Shown here: one piece after another, positions 31,310-32,000 of the stretch | Layout of the letters: the number at the start of each line of letters is the position of its first letter | How positions within the stretch are numbered: position 1 is the stretch's first letter | Source of the DNA: Candidatus Woesearchaeota archaeon | GTDB taxonomy: Archaea; Nanobdellota; Nanobdellia; Nanobdellales; CAZNIQ01 | Direction: 5' to 3' | DNA length: 32,000 nucleotides | Assembly: GCA_964573185.1 (NCBI GenBank) | Contig: CAZNIQ010000004.1 | Coordinates: 1-32,000, forward strand | Program-made: the position numbers and the translations under genes | The notes under the pieces: generated by a model | What the model saw: only the letters and a program-made list of their open reading frames with translations | Database searches by the model: none | Told to the model about the DNA's origin: nothing

Positions 31310-32000
31310 ATGCAAGAGTTAAAACTAGAAGAAGTTTTCGAATCTTTACATTCTTCTCCCCAAGGATTATCCGAAGAAGAGGCTCAAAGGAGATTAAAGA
31401 TTTATGGCGAAAACACCGTTGAAAGAGAAAAACACCAACTATTAAAATTTTTAATTAGAGTTATTTTAAATCCAGTTAATGTAATGATTTTATCTGCAGC
31501 TCTTCTATCTTTCTTAATAGGACATATCCATGATGCTTATTTTATTTTATTTCTCTTTATTTTAAACGTTTTCATAATCTTTTATCAAGAATTTAAAAGT
31601 GAAAAGTACTTGGAGGAATTAAGAAAGAAATTGGAAAGACATGTTGAAGTTTTAAGAGATGGTAAATGGAAATGGATTCCCGCAAGATATATTGTACCGG
31701 GAGATATTGTAAGATTGAATGCAGGTGAAACTGTTCCTGCTGATATAAAAATAATAGAAGCAGAAAATCTTTTAGTTGACGAATCTGCAATAACTGGTGA
31801 ATCTTTACCTGTAGAAAAAAGTGTTGGTGATGTTCTATATGCTCCAAGCATAATTAAGAGAGGTAAATGTATTGGTATAGTCGTTGCTACCGGAATTCAT
31901 GCAAAATACGGTCAATTAATAAATTTAGTTCAAACAACGAAAAGCAAAAGCAATTTAGAAAAAACTATATTGAAAATAGGTATTTTCTTAATGATTTTGG
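31310..32000 (+). CDS. P-type cation-transporting ATPase, N-terminal part (runs off the window)
   Basis: My own translation: MQELKLEEVFESLHSSPQGLSEEEAQRRLKIYGENTVE...VPGDIVRLNAGETVPADIKII...LLVDESAITGESLPVEK, the classic P-type N-terminus and actuator domain. The antisense ORFs 31585..31851 and 31593..31847 are shadows. Confidence 0.85.
   Translation, partial: MQELKLEEVFESLHSSPQGLSEEEAQRRLKIYGENTVEREKHQLLKFLIRVILNPVNVMILSAALLSFLIGHIHDAYFILFLFILNVFIIFYQEFKSEKYLEELRKKLERHVEVLRDGKWKWIPARYIVPGDIVRLNAGETVPADIKIIEAENLLVDESAITGESLPVEKSVGDVLYAPSIIKRGKCIGIVVATGIHAKYGQLINLVQTTKSKSNLEKTILKIGIFLMIL

Noticed and set aside
31585-31851. Two minus-strand ORFs (88 and 84 aa)
   Set aside because: They are antisense to an unmistakable P-type ATPase reading frame (31310 onward) that the track missed because it runs off the window.
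1-32000. CRISPR arrays or cas genes
   Set aside because: No regularly spaced direct repeats were seen anywhere in the window. The only Cas-family gene is a solitary Cas4-like nuclease.

Overview
Archaeal chromosomal window at a contig end; the first 16 nt are an Illumina adapter remnant. The DNA is very AT-rich, the proteins are K/E/I-rich, and the structural RNAs are strongly GC-rich, which is a hyperthermophile signature. A single-chain PriS-PriL primase, fragmented ribosomal-protein/RNAP operons and many overlapping genes suggest a reduced Nanoarchaeota/DPANN-like genome (inference only). Most genes are information-processing housekeeping: Rrp41, uL13, uS9, RpoN, aRF1, ValRS, archease, aIF2-alpha, Nop10, L44e, GINS, primase, Rpo7, Spt4, uS13, uS4, Cbf5, dUTPase, PhoH-KH ATPase, a P-type ATPase (partial), tRNA-Pro(CGG) and tRNA-Leu(UAA). 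Read by eye and absent from the ORF track: two canonical C/D box sRNAs, two H/ACA-like sRNAs with the same architecture (one directly abutting a C/D sRNA), Nop10, a 42-aa HTH-like ORF and the partial ATPase. The only clear accessory region is a ~3.1-kb element (about 4.9-8.0 kb) integrated in tRNA-Pro. It is flanked by a 50-nt direct repeat and carries an SSV-type partitioned, apparently decayed integrase, small wHTH regulators and two overlapping large orphan ORFs. This gene pair is the best candidate for an undescribed system, but I cannot assign it a function from sequence. Other points worth a second look: a C/D guide matching the tRNA-Leu anticodon loop, a gene interrupted by one in-frame TAG inside a hydrophobic helix, a truncated NFACT protein, membrane genes inserted in the L13-S9-RpoN operon, and sequon-rich surface proteins.
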